Numbered from the stretch's first letter, positions 1 through 14,544 are shown. The stretch: 64,000 bases of DNA from Octopus vulgaris (GCA_951406725.2 OX597839.1:13454001-13518000); one strand, 5' to 3'. Numbers and translations: made by a program. Notes: generated from the sequence alone by a model not told the origin.

Positions 1-133
1 AACACGGATCAATTTGCAAGGACCCGCTCCGGTGGCTAACCGTGTCTCGTTTGTTACTACAAATGTCAATTCCCATCCGACTGGCAGATCTGTCATCGTG
101 ATGGAAATGTCTGTCCACTAAAGCAGCGCACAT
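1..133 (-). CDS. Possible start of a coding exon running off the window edge (MCAALVDRHFHHDDRSASRMGIDICSNKRDTVSHRSGSLQIDPC...)
   Basis: Unique, non-repetitive sequence. ATG at 133-131 on the minus strand follows an in-frame upstream stop and stays open to position 1. No homology recognised. Confidence 0.15.
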   Translation of the reverse strand, partial: MCAALVDRHFHHDDRSASRMGIDICSNKRDTVSHRSGSLQIDPC

Positions 134-649
134 ATTTGGCTTTTCGTCTTGTGTGGACAGACAAAAATCAACCAGGATAAATACACAAGGTCAGTGTTGT
201 CAGAGAGAGACGGCGGATAGACAGGAAGCATACCTACATGAGGACATGCTGTGTGCGTGTATGCACAAAGAGAAAACATGTAGGTAGCAGAGAAGAATTG
301 ATGAACGTGACAGAGGATGGCTGTTGTTCAAATAAACAAGCTAACATTCTCTGCTGCTTCTACTTCCAGCTGTCCTTCCTTTTTACCATACTGCTTCACT
401 TCACATACTCAACCACTCCATCTCTTTCTCTCACCTTCCTTATGTGTCTATCTGCTTATCTCCTCTCGCCCCCCTCTCTCTCTTTAGCTCTTTCTCACCT
501 CTCTGTTTCTCACCCCTTCTCTCTCTCTCTTTCTCTATTTCTCTCTCTCCCCCTCTCTCTCTTTTTCTATTTCTCTCTCACCCCCTCTCTCTCTTTTTCT
601 ATTTCTCTCTCTCTCCCTCCCTCTCTGTCTCACCCTGCATCTATTTCTC

Positions 650-750
650 CCGCTCGACGTTTCGTTGACAAAATTCACGTTTCAAGCGTGGATGAAATCG
701 CAACAGCAATCTGTTGTGAGTCACGAGGGAAATCCTTGCTAAAGATAGCC
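650..750. promoter_or_regulatory. CpG-containing unique island with an AP-1-type site, inside a CT/GA-rich tract
   Basis: GTGAGTCAC at 716-724 and several CpGs in otherwise CpG-poor DNA, upstream of the 1-133 minus-strand ORF. Confidence 0.2.
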
Positions 751-864
751 TCTCTCCCACCTATCACTCCCCCTCTTCTTACTTCTCTTACTCTCTCTCT
801 CTTTCTCACTCTATTCAATATTATTTCTCCTCCTCCTCCCTCCTCCATATATTTTCCTTTACAA

Positions 865-899
<35 letters not shown>

Positions 900-1131
900 C
901 TATCATCTCTCTCCCTCCCTCACTCTCTCAGTATTATTCTCTTTCATTCCTTCCTCGCTCGCTCTCTTTCTCCCTGCTTTATTTACCTTACTCTCACCTG
1001 TTCTTTACTCGTCTGTTTCGTTTCTCTCTATTTTCCTACCTTTCACTGCAATCTTCTCAGCATCTTCATCTTCACGTCCATCACACTCTGTCTTTCTCGT
1101 ATTTCATTCTTTTCCTACACCTATCTATCTA

Positions 1132-1226
<95 letters not shown>

Positions 1227-1310
1227 TATATATATTAGAGACAAAATATATATATATATTCCCTTCGTGTATTTCACGTTATTTTATTTATATATGTACG
1301 TTATATATAT

Positions 1311-3358
<2,048 letters not shown>

Positions 3359-4015
3359 ATATATTTGTTTATTGTGCACTCTCACTATATATATGTATGT
3401 ATATAAGTGTGTATAAATATATATGCATATACATGTATGTATATGTATATATGTGTGTGTGTGTGTGCATCCACCACTGTTTTTCTTTTTCATTCCCCTG
3501 CCCTCCCCCCTCCCACTCCAGTTTGTCCCTCACAATAACCCTGTCTTCGCCCTAACCTCCAATCTGTTCATCTCAACCACCGTTGTTCTGAAAAATAACA
3601 AAACGAGCGAGAGCTACTTGCTCTGCTCTGAGTCACTCAGCGGAGGTAAACATGCGTGCACGCGCATACACACACACACACACACAGAGGCACACACACA
3701 CAGGCACACTGCTACCACCACCTTCCTCCCTCTCTCTCATTCTCTCTCTCTCAGGACACCAATTTCTTATAAGAAAAGACTATAGAAATAGGCATAAACA
3801 TGTGTAAGGAGAAAGCGATAGATAGATAGAGAGAGAGAGAGGGAGAGAGAGAGAGAGAGAGGAGTAAACAAATAAGTACATACACACACATATATCTGTA
3901 TAGATATATGTGTGTATATATATATGTGTGTGTGTTTGTATGTATATACATAAATGTATGTGAACATATATACATGTATATGTATGTGTGTATTGGTAAC
4001 AGGTATTTGTGCCCC

Positions 4016-4066
<51 letters not shown>

Positions 4067-4410
4067 CCCACACACACACACAAGAACAAAGGGAAAAAAG
4101 ACAAAAAGCTGAGGTAATATTCTGAGATCAATTGTATTGATCACTTAACAATGATACACATTTAATAGCAAGGAGTATATGTGTGTGTGTGTGTGTGTGT
4201 GTGTAGTCCTGAGTTACACTTTACTCAGCACCTCCACTCATTAATCAGGCAGTTGGGTAAAACCCCATCTTTTACCCCCACTCAGCACTTGCACTTATCA
4301 CCTTAGAGCAGTGGTTTTCAACTGCGGACCACATGACCCTTGGAAAGGGGTCCAAATCAGATTTTATTGAAAGTTTACCTGCAATAAATTGATCATCCTT
4401 CAACTATGTA

Positions 4411-4831
4411 GGCACAGGCATGGCTGTATGGTAAGAAGCTTGCTTCCCAACCACATGGTTCCAGGTTCAGTCCCACTGTGTGGCACCTTAGGCAAGTGTC
4501 TTCTGCTATAGCCTCAGGCTGACCAAAGCCATGTGAGTGGATTTGGTAGACAGAAACTGAAAGAAGCCCGTCGTATATATGTATATATGTGTGTGTGTGT
4601 GTGTGTGTATATGTTTGTGTGTCTGTGTTTGTCCCCCCCCCCCAACATCGCTTGACAACCGATGCTGGTGTGTTTACATCACCGTAACTTAGCAGTTCGG
4701 CAAAAAGAGACCGATAGTATAAGTACTAGGCTTGCAAAGATTAAGTCCTGGGGTCAATTTGCTCGACTAAAGGCGATGCTCCAGCATGGCCACAGTCAAA
4801 TGACTGAAACAAATAAAGAGAGTAAAAAGAG
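4411..4831 (+). mobile_element. tRNA-derived SINE, family A (full length)
   Basis: Head with A-box-like TGGCTGTATGGTAAG and B-box-like GGTTCAGTCCC, CORE-like CCTT(A/G)GGCAAG, internal (TA)/(TG)n and an AAGAG-type tail. More than 15 related copies or fragments lie in the window. Confidence 0.9.
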
Positions 4832-4839
4832 ACTATATA

Positions 4840-5231
4840 GGCACAGGCATGGCTGTGTGGTAAGAAGCTTGCTTCCCAACCACATGGTTCCAGGTTCAGT
4901 CCCACTGTGTGGCACCTTAGGCAAGTGTCTTCTGCTATAGCCTCAGGCTGACCAAAGCCATGTGAGTGGATTTGGTAGATGGAAACTAAAAGAAGCTTGT
5001 CATATATATATATATATGCATATATACGTATGTATGGATGTATGTATGTATATATTTGCGTCTGTGTTTGTGCCACCACTATCGCTTGACATCCAATGTC
5101 GGTGTGTTTACGTCTCTGTAACTTAGCAGTTCTGCAAAAGGGACTAATAGAATATGTTCTAGGCTTAAAAAGAATAAGTCCTGGGGGCTCCAGCATGGCT
5201 ACAGTCAAATGACTAAAACAAATAAAAGAAT
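4840..5231 (+). mobile_element. SINE family A, older copy in tandem with the previous one
   Basis: Same architecture, with CpG decay in the 3' half. Confidence 0.9.
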
Positions 5232-5354
5232 AATACACAAAATATTAAATTTTTTTATTACATATATGCACAGGAGTGGCTGTGTGGTAAGTAGCTTGCT
5301 TATAAACCACATGGTTCCGAGTTCAGTCCCACTGCATGGCACCTTTGGCACTCG

Positions 5355-5795
5355 ATAACTGAATTTACAGATAGATATATATGGTCTTGTATTACATTCC
5401 ACTTATCACCTGCACTCAACATCTGAGAGTCTAGATGGTTGTGTCTAGTCCTGTATTACACTCCACTCAACACCTACACTCGATAATGGAATTTACATAT
5501 AGATATATGTGGTCTTGTATTACATTCCACTTATCACCTGCACTCAACATCTGAGAGTCTAGATGGTTGTCTAGTCCTGCATTATACTCCACTCAACACC
5601 TGAAAGTGCAGATAGATATATGTAGCCTTATATTATATTCCACTTAACCTGAAATCAACAACTGAAAGCATACATATGTGTAGTCCTGCATTACACTCCA
5701 CTCAAAACCTGCTCTTAACAGCTGAGAGTATAGCTTGGGGTGTATTGTCCTCTGTTACACTCTACTCAACAATTGCACTCAACATCTGAGAGATT
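5355..5795. repeat. Degenerate minisatellite of about 60 bp (GTATTACACTCCACTCAACACCTGCACTCAACATCTGAGAGT...), including a recent duplication of about 130 bp
   Basis: About 7 recurrences of the TATTACA(C/T)TCCACT motif. Confidence 0.75.
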
Positions 5796-5869
5796 TTTAA
5801 ATTCTTTTATCTATTACTCTTTCACCAGTTTCTCTCACTGTTCCTGTGGCCATGATAGAGCAATGGCTT

Positions 5870-6152
5870 GTTCCTTCTCGAGCCATGCCTGGCTCATAAG
5901 GACCGGTTTTCCCGGTTTCCTTGGCGTATAGGTTCCCCACCTAGACAGGACGCCAGTCCATCACAGGTTAGCTGCAAGATGCAGGAGGAAAGAGTGAGAG
6001 AAATTTGTGGTGAAAGAGTACGCAGAAGTTTCGCCATTACCTTCTGCTGGAGCCGCGTGGAGCTTTGGTGTTTCGCTCATAAACACAAACATCGCCCAGT
6101 CTGAGATTTGAACCTGCGGTTGCTCTAACTACGAGGCCATGTGCCTCCACGA
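5870..6152 (-). mobile_element. tRNA-derived SINE related to family C
   Basis: Minus strand reads GTGGAGGCACATGGCCTCGTAGTTAGAGC...GGTTCAAATCTC followed by the family body. Confidence 0.7.
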
Positions 6153-6304
6153 GGGCAATGGCTTAGAGTATTGTGGATATTCATATTAACCATATTGTTT
6201 GTTTCTGTCTGGTGCTTATTTTATTGGACTCTATTTGTTGAACAAACAAGTTACAAAGCAGAAGACCAGTTTGTGACTGGTGTAAACATAAACACACTTA
6301 TATA

Positions 6305-6697
6305 GGCGCAATGGCCCAGTGGTTAGGGCAGCGGACTCGCGATTTTGATTCCCGAGGCTCCGGCAGGGGATGGTGGTGAACCCTGCTGTACTCTTTCACC
6401 ACAACTTTCTCTCACTCTTTCTTCCTGTTTCTGTATTTCAAAGGGCCAGCCTTGTCACACTCTGTGTCACGCTGGATCTCCTCGAGAACTACGTTAAAGG
6501 TACATGTGTCTGTGGAGTACTCAGCCACTTGCATGTTAATAAATGAGCTGCAACGTCACTGGTGCCAAGCTGTATCGGCCTTTGCCTTTCCCTTGGATAA
6601 CACTGATGGTCTTCCATAAACAACCTTGCCCGGACTTGTGCCTCGGAGGCTAACTTTCTAGGTACAATTCCATGGTCATTCATGACCGAAGGGGGTC
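6305..6697 (+). mobile_element. tRNA(Arg)-like SINE, family C
   Basis: Head GGCGCAATGGCCCAGTGGTTAGGGCAGCGGACTCGCG; body shared with 45207-45577 and 8084-8390. Confidence 0.8.
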
Positions 6698-6919
6698 ACA
6701 ATCACAATACGCACAGGTGTAGCTGTGTGGTAAGAAGCTTACTTTTCAAAAATTCTGCCATTAAGGCATTACACAGAGTAGCTTTGCGGGCTGGACAAGA
6801 ACATTAATGAGATGAATGATAAAAAAGATGAAAACGATATTGATGGTTGAAGACAAAAACACCCACTGATTTTTGCTTCTCTAATACATTATTCTTTTTT
6901 GAAACACAAAATGAGGTAT

Positions 6920-7339
6920 AGGCATAAGAGTGGCTGTGTGGTAAGTAGTTTGCTTCCGAACCACATGGTTCCGGGTTCAGTCCCACTACGTGGCACCTTG
7001 GGCAATTGTCTTCTCCTATAGCCTCGGGCCGACCAAAGCCTTGTGAGTGGATTTGGTAGATGGAAACTGATAGAAGCCCGTTGTATATATGTATATATAT
7101 ATATGTATGTGGGTGTATATGTTTGTGTGTCTGTGTTTGTCCCCCCAACATCGCTTGACAACCGATGTTGGTGTGTTTACGTCCCCGTAACTTAACAGTT
7201 CAGCAAAAGAGACCGATAGAATAAGTACTAGGCTTACAAAGAATAAGTCCTGGGGTCGAATTGCTCGACTAAAGGCGGTGCCCCAGCATGGCCACAGTCA
7301 CGTGACTGAAACAAGTAAAAGAGTAAAGAGAGTAAGAGT
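6920..7339 (+). mobile_element. SINE family A, young full-length copy
   Basis: Complete head, body and tail with CpGs retained; ends in AAGAGT-type repeats. Confidence 0.9.
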
Positions 7340-7400
7340 ATTAAACTTCAACAAATCTTCTTTTGTCTTTCACACAAAAATGAGGCAATAAACCTCTTAC

Positions 7401-7641
7401 ACTTTACTGAGACACCAATTCTCTTGCAGCCTCCTGGTAACGGTGCAGTCGCACTTCGGGTCTCCAAACAAAATAATTGAAATCTTTCTTCGAATAGCAC
7501 TCCGCTATTCAAAGGAAATCATCTTCTTTCATCACAAGCGCCACCACCTGCAGCGGCCAATGATGAGTTTCAGTACAGGCCGATTCTATCAGCTCCTGCC
7601 CCACCAGAAAACTCCTTACAAAGTTTTCAACAACCCCTCCC
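7401..7641 (-). other. Candidate exon (UTR, non-coding, or stop-containing)
   Basis: Unique, higher-GC island bounded on the minus strand by acceptor TATTCTATTTCAG|G (7642) and donor AGT|GTAAGA (7400). An alternative donor CA|GTAAAG lies at 7407. Confidence 0.3.
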
Positions 7642-7671
7642 CTGAAATAGAATACCACATTTTCTACTTCT

Positions 7672-8083
7672 CAATGGACGACATCTTCAATGGACGACAT
7701 CGGCAATGGACGACATCGGCAATGGACAACTTCATCAATGGACAACATTGTCAAAGGACGACATCAGCAATGGATGGCATCGGCTGTGGGCGACATCATC
7801 AATGGACGACATCGTCAATGGACAACATTGTCAAAGGACGACATCAGCAATGGACGACATCGGCAATGGACAACATCGGCAATGGACAACTTCATCAATG
7901 GACAACATTGTCAAAGGACGACATCAGCAATGGATGGCATCGGCTGTGGGCGACATCATCAATGGACGACATCGTCAATGGACAACATTGTCAAAGGACG
8001 ACATCAGCAATGGACGACATCGGCAATGGACAACATCGTCAATACACAACATCATCAATAGACGACATTGTCAATGGACAACA
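7672..8083. repeat. 16-bp minisatellite (CAATGGACGACATCGG, about 26 copies) with a 160-bp higher-order duplication
   Basis: The variant unit CAATGGACAACTTCAT occurs at 7720 and 7880, and the same series of variants follows each time. Confidence 0.95.
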
Positions 8084-8390
8084 GTGAAGGCACATGGCTT
8101 AGTGATTAGGGTATTCAGCTCATGATCATAAGGTCATGAGTTCAGTGCTGGATGGCATGATGTGTCTTTGAGCAAGACCCTTTATTTCTCATTGCTACAG
8201 TCCATTTAGCTGGGGGAAATGAGTAGTACCTGTATGTCAGCCTTGTCATTCTGTGTCACACTGACTCTCCCTGAGGACTACATTAAGGGAACACATATCT
8301 GTGGAGTGCTCAGCTACTTGCATGTTAATCTCATGAGCAGGCTGTTCCATTGATCGCATCAATTAGAACACTTATGATCATAACCAACGG
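8084..8390 (+). mobile_element. SINE family C-related, diverged
   Basis: Head GTGAAGGCACATGGCTTAGTGATTAGGG; the 3' body matches 45420-45570. Confidence 0.7.
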
Positions 8391-10088
8391 GGATGGTGGG
8401 ATGCAGGCTGATGGATAGCACAACAATATTAAACCTTTGACCGAGGCATTATATTTTGTTTTCACTCTTCATGGCAACTAAAATTGTTGATACCAAAGTA
8501 TGATAAGTAAAAAATGTTGACTGTGTGGAAAGAAGCTAGCTTCCCAACCACATGGTTTCAGGTTCAGTCCCACTGCATGGCAACTTGGGCATGTGTCTTC
8601 TACTATAGCCTCAGGCTGGCCAAAACCCTGTGAGCGGATTTGGTAGACGGAAACTGAAAGAAACCTGTCATATGTATATACATATATTGATGTATATATT
8701 TATGTGTGTGTGTCTTCGTGTTTATTTTTGCTCCCCACCATCACTTCACAACCAATGTTGTGTTCTTGAGCAAGACACTTTATTTCACGCTGCTCCAGTT
8801 CACTCAGCTGTAGAAATGAGTTGTGACGTCACAAGTACCAAGCTGTATTGAGCCCTTTACCTTTCCCTTGGATAACACTGGTGGCATGGAGGGGGGTGGG
8901 GCAGTATGCATGGGCGACTGCTGGTTTTCCATAAGCAACCTTGCTCAGACTTGTGCCTGGGAGGGTAACTTTCTAGGGGCAATCCCATGGTCAGTCATAA
9001 TTGAAGGGGGTCTCAGCATACTCCACTCAATAAATGAGAATATATCTTTTATTGTTTACTTGTTTTGGTCATTGAAATGTGGCCATGCTGGGGCACTGTT
9101 TAGATTACACCACCTCATGTAAAGTATATTTATTCAAATTGTTTTGAATTAATCATGCGTTATCTTGTAGTTTTGAGATTTCAATGACATGATTGTTTGT
9201 TTTTAGAAAAATGGCATTGTAGATCAGTACGAGAGGCCAGATCCGGCCAGCAAGAGGAAAATTGGGGCCTGATATGACTGGCTTACATGCTAAAGGGTTA
9301 AATATTGGTATTTACTTTATCGGTCTCTTTTACTGAACTTCTAGCTTACGGGGATGTAAACAGACCAACACCAGTTGTCAAATGGTGGTGGGGAACCAAT
9401 ACAAACACAAAAGCATAATACATACACACACACACACTTACACACACACTCTCATACATACATGCATACATACATAGAGAGACAGATATACACAGACTTC
9501 TGTCCAAGAAATTCACTTTCAAGACTGCGGTTGATCTAGGGCTACTGGGGCTATAGTAGAAGATACCCAAGGTGACATGCTGTGGGACTGAACCCAGAAC
9601 CAAATGCTTGGCAAACAAACTTCTTACCCTACACCCAAGTCTATACCCCATTCAGCAAATGAGAACATACATTGCTTTCAAATTTTGACAAAAAACCCAT
9701 CAATTTAGTGGGAAATGGGGGTGGAAGGTGATTACATCAACACCAGTATTCAACTGGTACTTATTTTATCGACCCTGAAAGGATGAAAGCACAGTTGACC
9801 CCAGCAGAATTGGAACTCAGAATGTAAAGACAGACAAAAATGCTACAAAGCATTTTACTTGGCAGTGATGGGCATCCAGCTGTAATAACCTTGCCAAAAC
9901 TGACCTCGCCTGTACTGGTGTCACGTAAAAAGAACACTCAGTCCTCTCTGCAGGAAGGTTTGTGTTAGGAAGGGCACCCAGCCCTAAAAACCCTGCCAAA
10001 ACAGACACAGTAGCTTTGGGGTAGTCTTCTACCGGGCCAGCTCCTGACAAATGTCCTACCCATGCATTCATGGAAGACTGGACATTAA

Positions 10089-10309
10089 CCCTTTCGTTAT
10101 CGTATTTATTTTCAGATACTCTGTGTTTCTTTCATTTACTTTAAATATAACAAAGACTTTAGTAAAATAACTTAGTTATCATTCAGCTGGTGTTAGGAAC
10201 ATAAATTGTGATTAAGGTCTGGTGGAAGATTTTAATCCAAAATTTATGAAAACAAGACATTTGTCCTACAGAGCCAGAGCCGGTTTCAGCCGGGTTGGTA
10301 ACGAAAGGG
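10089..10309. mobile_element. piggyBac-type MITE
   Basis: TIRs CCCTTTCGTTA / TAACGAAAGGG and TTAA TSDs (10085-10088, 10310-10313). It is inserted in an RTE 3' tail. Confidence 0.85.
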
Positions 10310-11787
10310 TTAAACAATGATGATGATGATTCTGTCAGCTCGCCACCTTAAATGAGAATATATATTGGTAGATGTTTATAGTTTATTCAAAAGCCAACCT
10401 TGTAAATTGTTGATAGACATTAACCCTCCTCTTAGCACCATTCAACAACTAACAGCAGGGAGTATAGAACATAAGAGGTTTACACTCCACTCAACACCTC
10501 CACTCAACAATTGAAAGCTCCATCAAACACACCACTACCACTCTTACTCAATCTTTCTATTTCAATGGGCATTTTTTTTTGTGTAACTTTTTTCCTTGTT
10601 TTCTAAATTTCCTTCTGGAATCCCTTCATTTTTCTTTCCTTCCTTCTCTCTCTTCTTTTTTACTTTATTTCTGTTTGTTTTTCTCCTCTTATATCCTTAC
10701 CTATTCTCTCTCTATATTTTTCTTTCTCTCTCTCACCCCTCCTTTCCACCTACATGCCTGCCAATCTTTCTACCTATCTATTTATTTATTTATGTATATA
10801 CATATCTATATATCTATCTCCCTACTAACCATCTAACATACATACATAACACACATGCATACATACATACATATATATATCTATATACTTACACATATAT
10901 ACATATACATATATACCCATATATATACATACACACACCATCACTTAAATCCCCATCACTACTATCACCACCACCACCACCATCATCACAACTAGCACCA
11001 CCACTGCTACCACCACCATCACCACCACCACCACAAAACACCACTGACACCAGCACCACAACCGCATTCATAATGATTATTATTATCAGCTTTCCTGATC
11101 TTTAGTCAAGGAGTCTTCGGCAAGACCCCCACTCCTGCCCTTCCAGCCCTGTAAAGTAGGGACCACGAATATATCGAGGAAGGAGAACTTTAACGTAACC
11201 ACTCGACCATCTCGCTATTGTCTTTAAAACAGGGACTGCATTTATCCAGTCACAGCATTCCCCTTCCCTTTACAGCAAACTAGAGATGGCCACAGGGTAG
11301 AATGCTGGAGCGCATCCTTCATTAGAGCTCTCCTGTTATATAACCCCTACAGCTAACTCTGCCAACACTTGGGATGAATTTTTTTATTTCTTTACTCAAG
11401 CAGAATTCACTGCGACTTTGGCTTTGTTGAAAGCAGAAATTAGATTTTATTTCACTTTCTGAAATTATTATATAAAAAAAAAACTTCTTGAAGGAGAAAA
11501 ATATTTGAAGAAAGATGATGAGGACAAGAGGAGGAGAAGAAGACAACGACGAAGAAGACAAGAATACAGGAGAGGACAAGAGGAAGAAGATGACAGGAGG
11601 AGGAGGAGGAGACATGGAGAATATGTTTGGAGAAAGAAGATAAGGGGAGAAGAAGACCTGAATACAGGAGACGACAAGGAGATGACAAGAAGAATAAGAA
11701 GAAGAGAAAGAAGACAAGGAGAACATATATTTGAGGAAAGATGACAAGGGGAGAAGACATCAATACAGAAGAAGACAAGATACATAC

Positions 11788-11839
<52 letters not shown>

Positions 11840-11939
11840 TTATATGTATACATATACTTATATGTATGCATATATATATATACCCCTGGTATTTGAGTAC
11901 TCTTTTTTCCACCTTGTTTCACATTTATGTGTTTACTCC

Positions 11940-11984
<45 letters not shown>

Positions 11985-12105
11985 TTATATGTATACATGT
12001 ATATATATATATATACTTGTATGTATACATGTATATACTTATATATATATATATGTATATATATATGTATATGTATATATATATGTATATATATATGTAT
12101 ATATA

Positions 12106-12150
<45 letters not shown>

Positions 12151-12964
12151 ACTTATATATATATATGCATGCATACATACATACATACATACATTTATAT
12201 ATATATATATATATATATATAACAGAGAAGAGAAGATGACAAGGAGAATGAATGGATGACTGGAGAAGGAAGAGATGAGAAGGGAAGATGGAGATGAGAG
12301 GAGAAGGAGAAAATGACAAGAGAAAATGGGAAGGACAGGAGGAGAGAGAAAAACGGGGGGTGGAAATACATATGACAGGAAAGACAGAAGGGAGAAGACA
12401 GGAAACATGGAAGAGGACAGAAGACAAGGGAACACGAGCAAGGAGAGAGAGAGAGAGAGAGAGCGGGAGGGGGTACAGAAGAAGACATGAGATGAGGGAA
12501 GAAAGTAGGGAGCGTATGGTGGGGGGTAGCAGTGAATGAACAAGGTTGGTGATGACAGCAATATTGCATTGACATTATATAAACAGTCCCCCCACCCCGC
12601 CCTGTCATCACCACCACCGCCACTATCTTCATCAGCATCATCATCATCATTACCATCACCACCGCCGCCACCACTACTATCATCATCATCATTATTGTCA
12701 TCATTGCTGCCGCTGCCGTTGTGATCGTTGTCATCAACTGCTGTTTACTATGCCCTTCCAATGTCATCTGCATCACACCTCAGGCTTCCTTATTCCATTC
12801 TGTATAATCTCACACCACCACCACAGTCAGCATCACTGCTACCATTTCTACGATCTGTCTATCTATCTATCTATCTATCTATCTACATATCTATCTACCA
12901 ACCTACCTGTTTCCCAAGCTATCTCCTACCCCCACCAACCTATCTATCTGCCTCACTGTTTATA

Positions 12965-13181
12965 TGAGGGGATGCTGAAAAGTTCCTAGCTTTAAGGGTT
13001 TTGTGAAAGGCCTGGTTGAAGGTCCAACCTTCCAAGTTCTTTCACAGGGCTTAGAAAAACTGAAGGACCACCATAATGCGTGTGTGAATCTGAGAGGGGA
13101 ATATACTGAAAAAAATCATAATTAACTGATCCTCCTGTATTTTCTTTTAACCAAAACCTGGAACTATTTAGTACTCCCTCA
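12965..13181. mobile_element. mariner-type MITE
   Basis: TA|TGAGGGGATGCTGAAAAGTTCC ... GGAACTATTTAGTACTCCCTCA|TA; a second copy lies at 27038-27249. Confidence 0.75.
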
Positions 13182-13317
13182 TATGAATATATATATATTC
13201 CATTATTTTCTCTCATTGTTTGCTTGTTTAACTCATTTGTTTTTGTATTTCGTGTTGTTTGCACAGTTGGTGACATCCTGTGCCCATGTATGTGTATATA
13301 TATATATATATATATAA

Positions 13318-13400
13318 GAAGGGATATAATAAATATCCTAGAAACAGCTGTAAGACCTATCTATAAATGTTCTAAAATCTACACCGTCTTTAGTCAAGCA
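13318..13400 (+). mobile_element. Penelope-like pLTR fragment with the 3' half of a minimal hammerhead
   Basis: Stem II GGGATAT/ATATCCT, then GAAA-C-AGCT-G-TA-AGACC (13341-13357). The 5' core is replaced by (TA)n. Same family as 44399-44599. Confidence 0.55.
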
Positions 13401-13404
13401 AATT

Positions 13405-13731
13405 GACGCCAGGACTTATTCTTTGTAAGCCTAGTACTTATTCTATCAGTCTCTTTTGCCGAACCACTAAGTTATGGGGACGTAAAGACACTAGCATCGG
13501 TTGTCAAGTGATGTTGGGGGAACAAATACAGACACACAAATACACACACACACATATATATACATATATACAACGAGCTTCTTTCAGTTTCCATCTACTA
13601 AATCCACTCATAAGGCTTTGGTCGGCACGAGGATTATAGCAGAAGGCACTGGCCCAGGGTGCCATGCAGTAGGACTGAACCTGGAACCATGTGGTTAGTA
13701 AGCAAGGTACTTACTACACTGCCACTCCTGC
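13405..13731 (-). mobile_element. SINE family A
   Basis: Reverse complement of the family A head and body. Confidence 0.85.
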
Positions 13732-13980
13732 TCAAAGATGGTTTACGAGGCCTTCAATTTCCTAAGGATAAAGATGTGAAGGAAGTGATGCATAAATGGT
13801 TGCACGGCCAATTGAAATCCTTCTTCTTGGTGGGAATATGCAAGCTTGTTGACTGCTGAACCAAGTGCATCAAAAAGGACGGAGACTATATAGAAAAACA
13901 ATGTACTTGTTTATCCCCTACATTTGTGTAAATACATTGAAAAAAAACACGAGTGTGTATAAGTTTTGACTCTCCCTCAT
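13732..13980 (+). pseudogene. mariner transposase C-terminal remnant plus right end
   Basis: LKDGLRGLQF...VKEVMHKWL...FFLVGICKLVDC*TKCIKKDGDYIEK matches the mariner C-terminus; ends ...TTGACTCTCCCTCA|TA. Confidence 0.75.
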
Positions 13981-14164
13981 ATTTATATATGTAGCTGAAG
14001 GATTAAAATTAATCAAAGGACATAAGTTGAAGATGATGGTCAGTTTGAGGAAACTGGAGATGGTTATTCCTTTTTCTGGAAAAGGAAACTGAAACAAGGT
14101 TGCAGGAAAGTTGTTATTAATTATGTAATCCATTTTTAATTATCTTATTGATTATGTAATCCAC

Positions 14165-14432
14165 AGCTCCCGTGCTGGTGGCACGTAAAAAGCACCATTT
14201 GAGCATGGTCAATGCCAGTGCCACCTGACTGGCCCCCATGCCAGTGGCATGTAAAAAGCACCCACTACACTCTCAGAGTGGTTGGCATAAGGAAGGGCAT
14301 CCAGCTGTAGAAACCTTACCAGACCAGACTAGAGCCTAATGCAGCCTCCTGGTTTGCCAGTCCTCAGTCAAACTGTCAATGTATGCCAGCAGGGAAAGCA
14401 GACATTAAACGATGACAATGATAATGATGATT
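14165..14432 (+). mobile_element. RTE LINE 3' end (5'-truncated)
   Basis: GGCACGTAAAAAGCACC modules, GGTTGGCATAAGGAAGGGCATCCAGC and a (GAT)n tail; homologous to 46860-47100. Confidence 0.85.
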
Positions 14433-14544
14433 TGGAAATGCTTAAGAAAATGGAATAGTTCTCCATCCATATAAACAAACAATTGCTATCTGAAGGTGGC
14501 TTCAGACAGTGGCCTCAACTTTGAATGCTGTATATTAATATTCT

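Noticed and set aside
6305-6350. tRNA genes at the SINE heads
   Set aside because: No complete cloverleaf; the heads are always fused to SINE bodies.
7559-7645. C/D box snoRNA (ATGATGA...CTGA)
   Set aside because: No terminal stem, no clear internal boxes and no recognisable guide.
7672-8083. CRISPR-like periodicity (also 24244-24850 and 36696-37060)
   Set aside because: These are contiguous tandem units without unique spacers; there are no cas genes and the context is eukaryotic.
10893-11458. Second minus-strand exon candidate (acceptor TTTCAG at about 11459, donor GTAAGT at 10892)
   Set aside because: No convincing reading frame, and the donor lies in a microsatellite.
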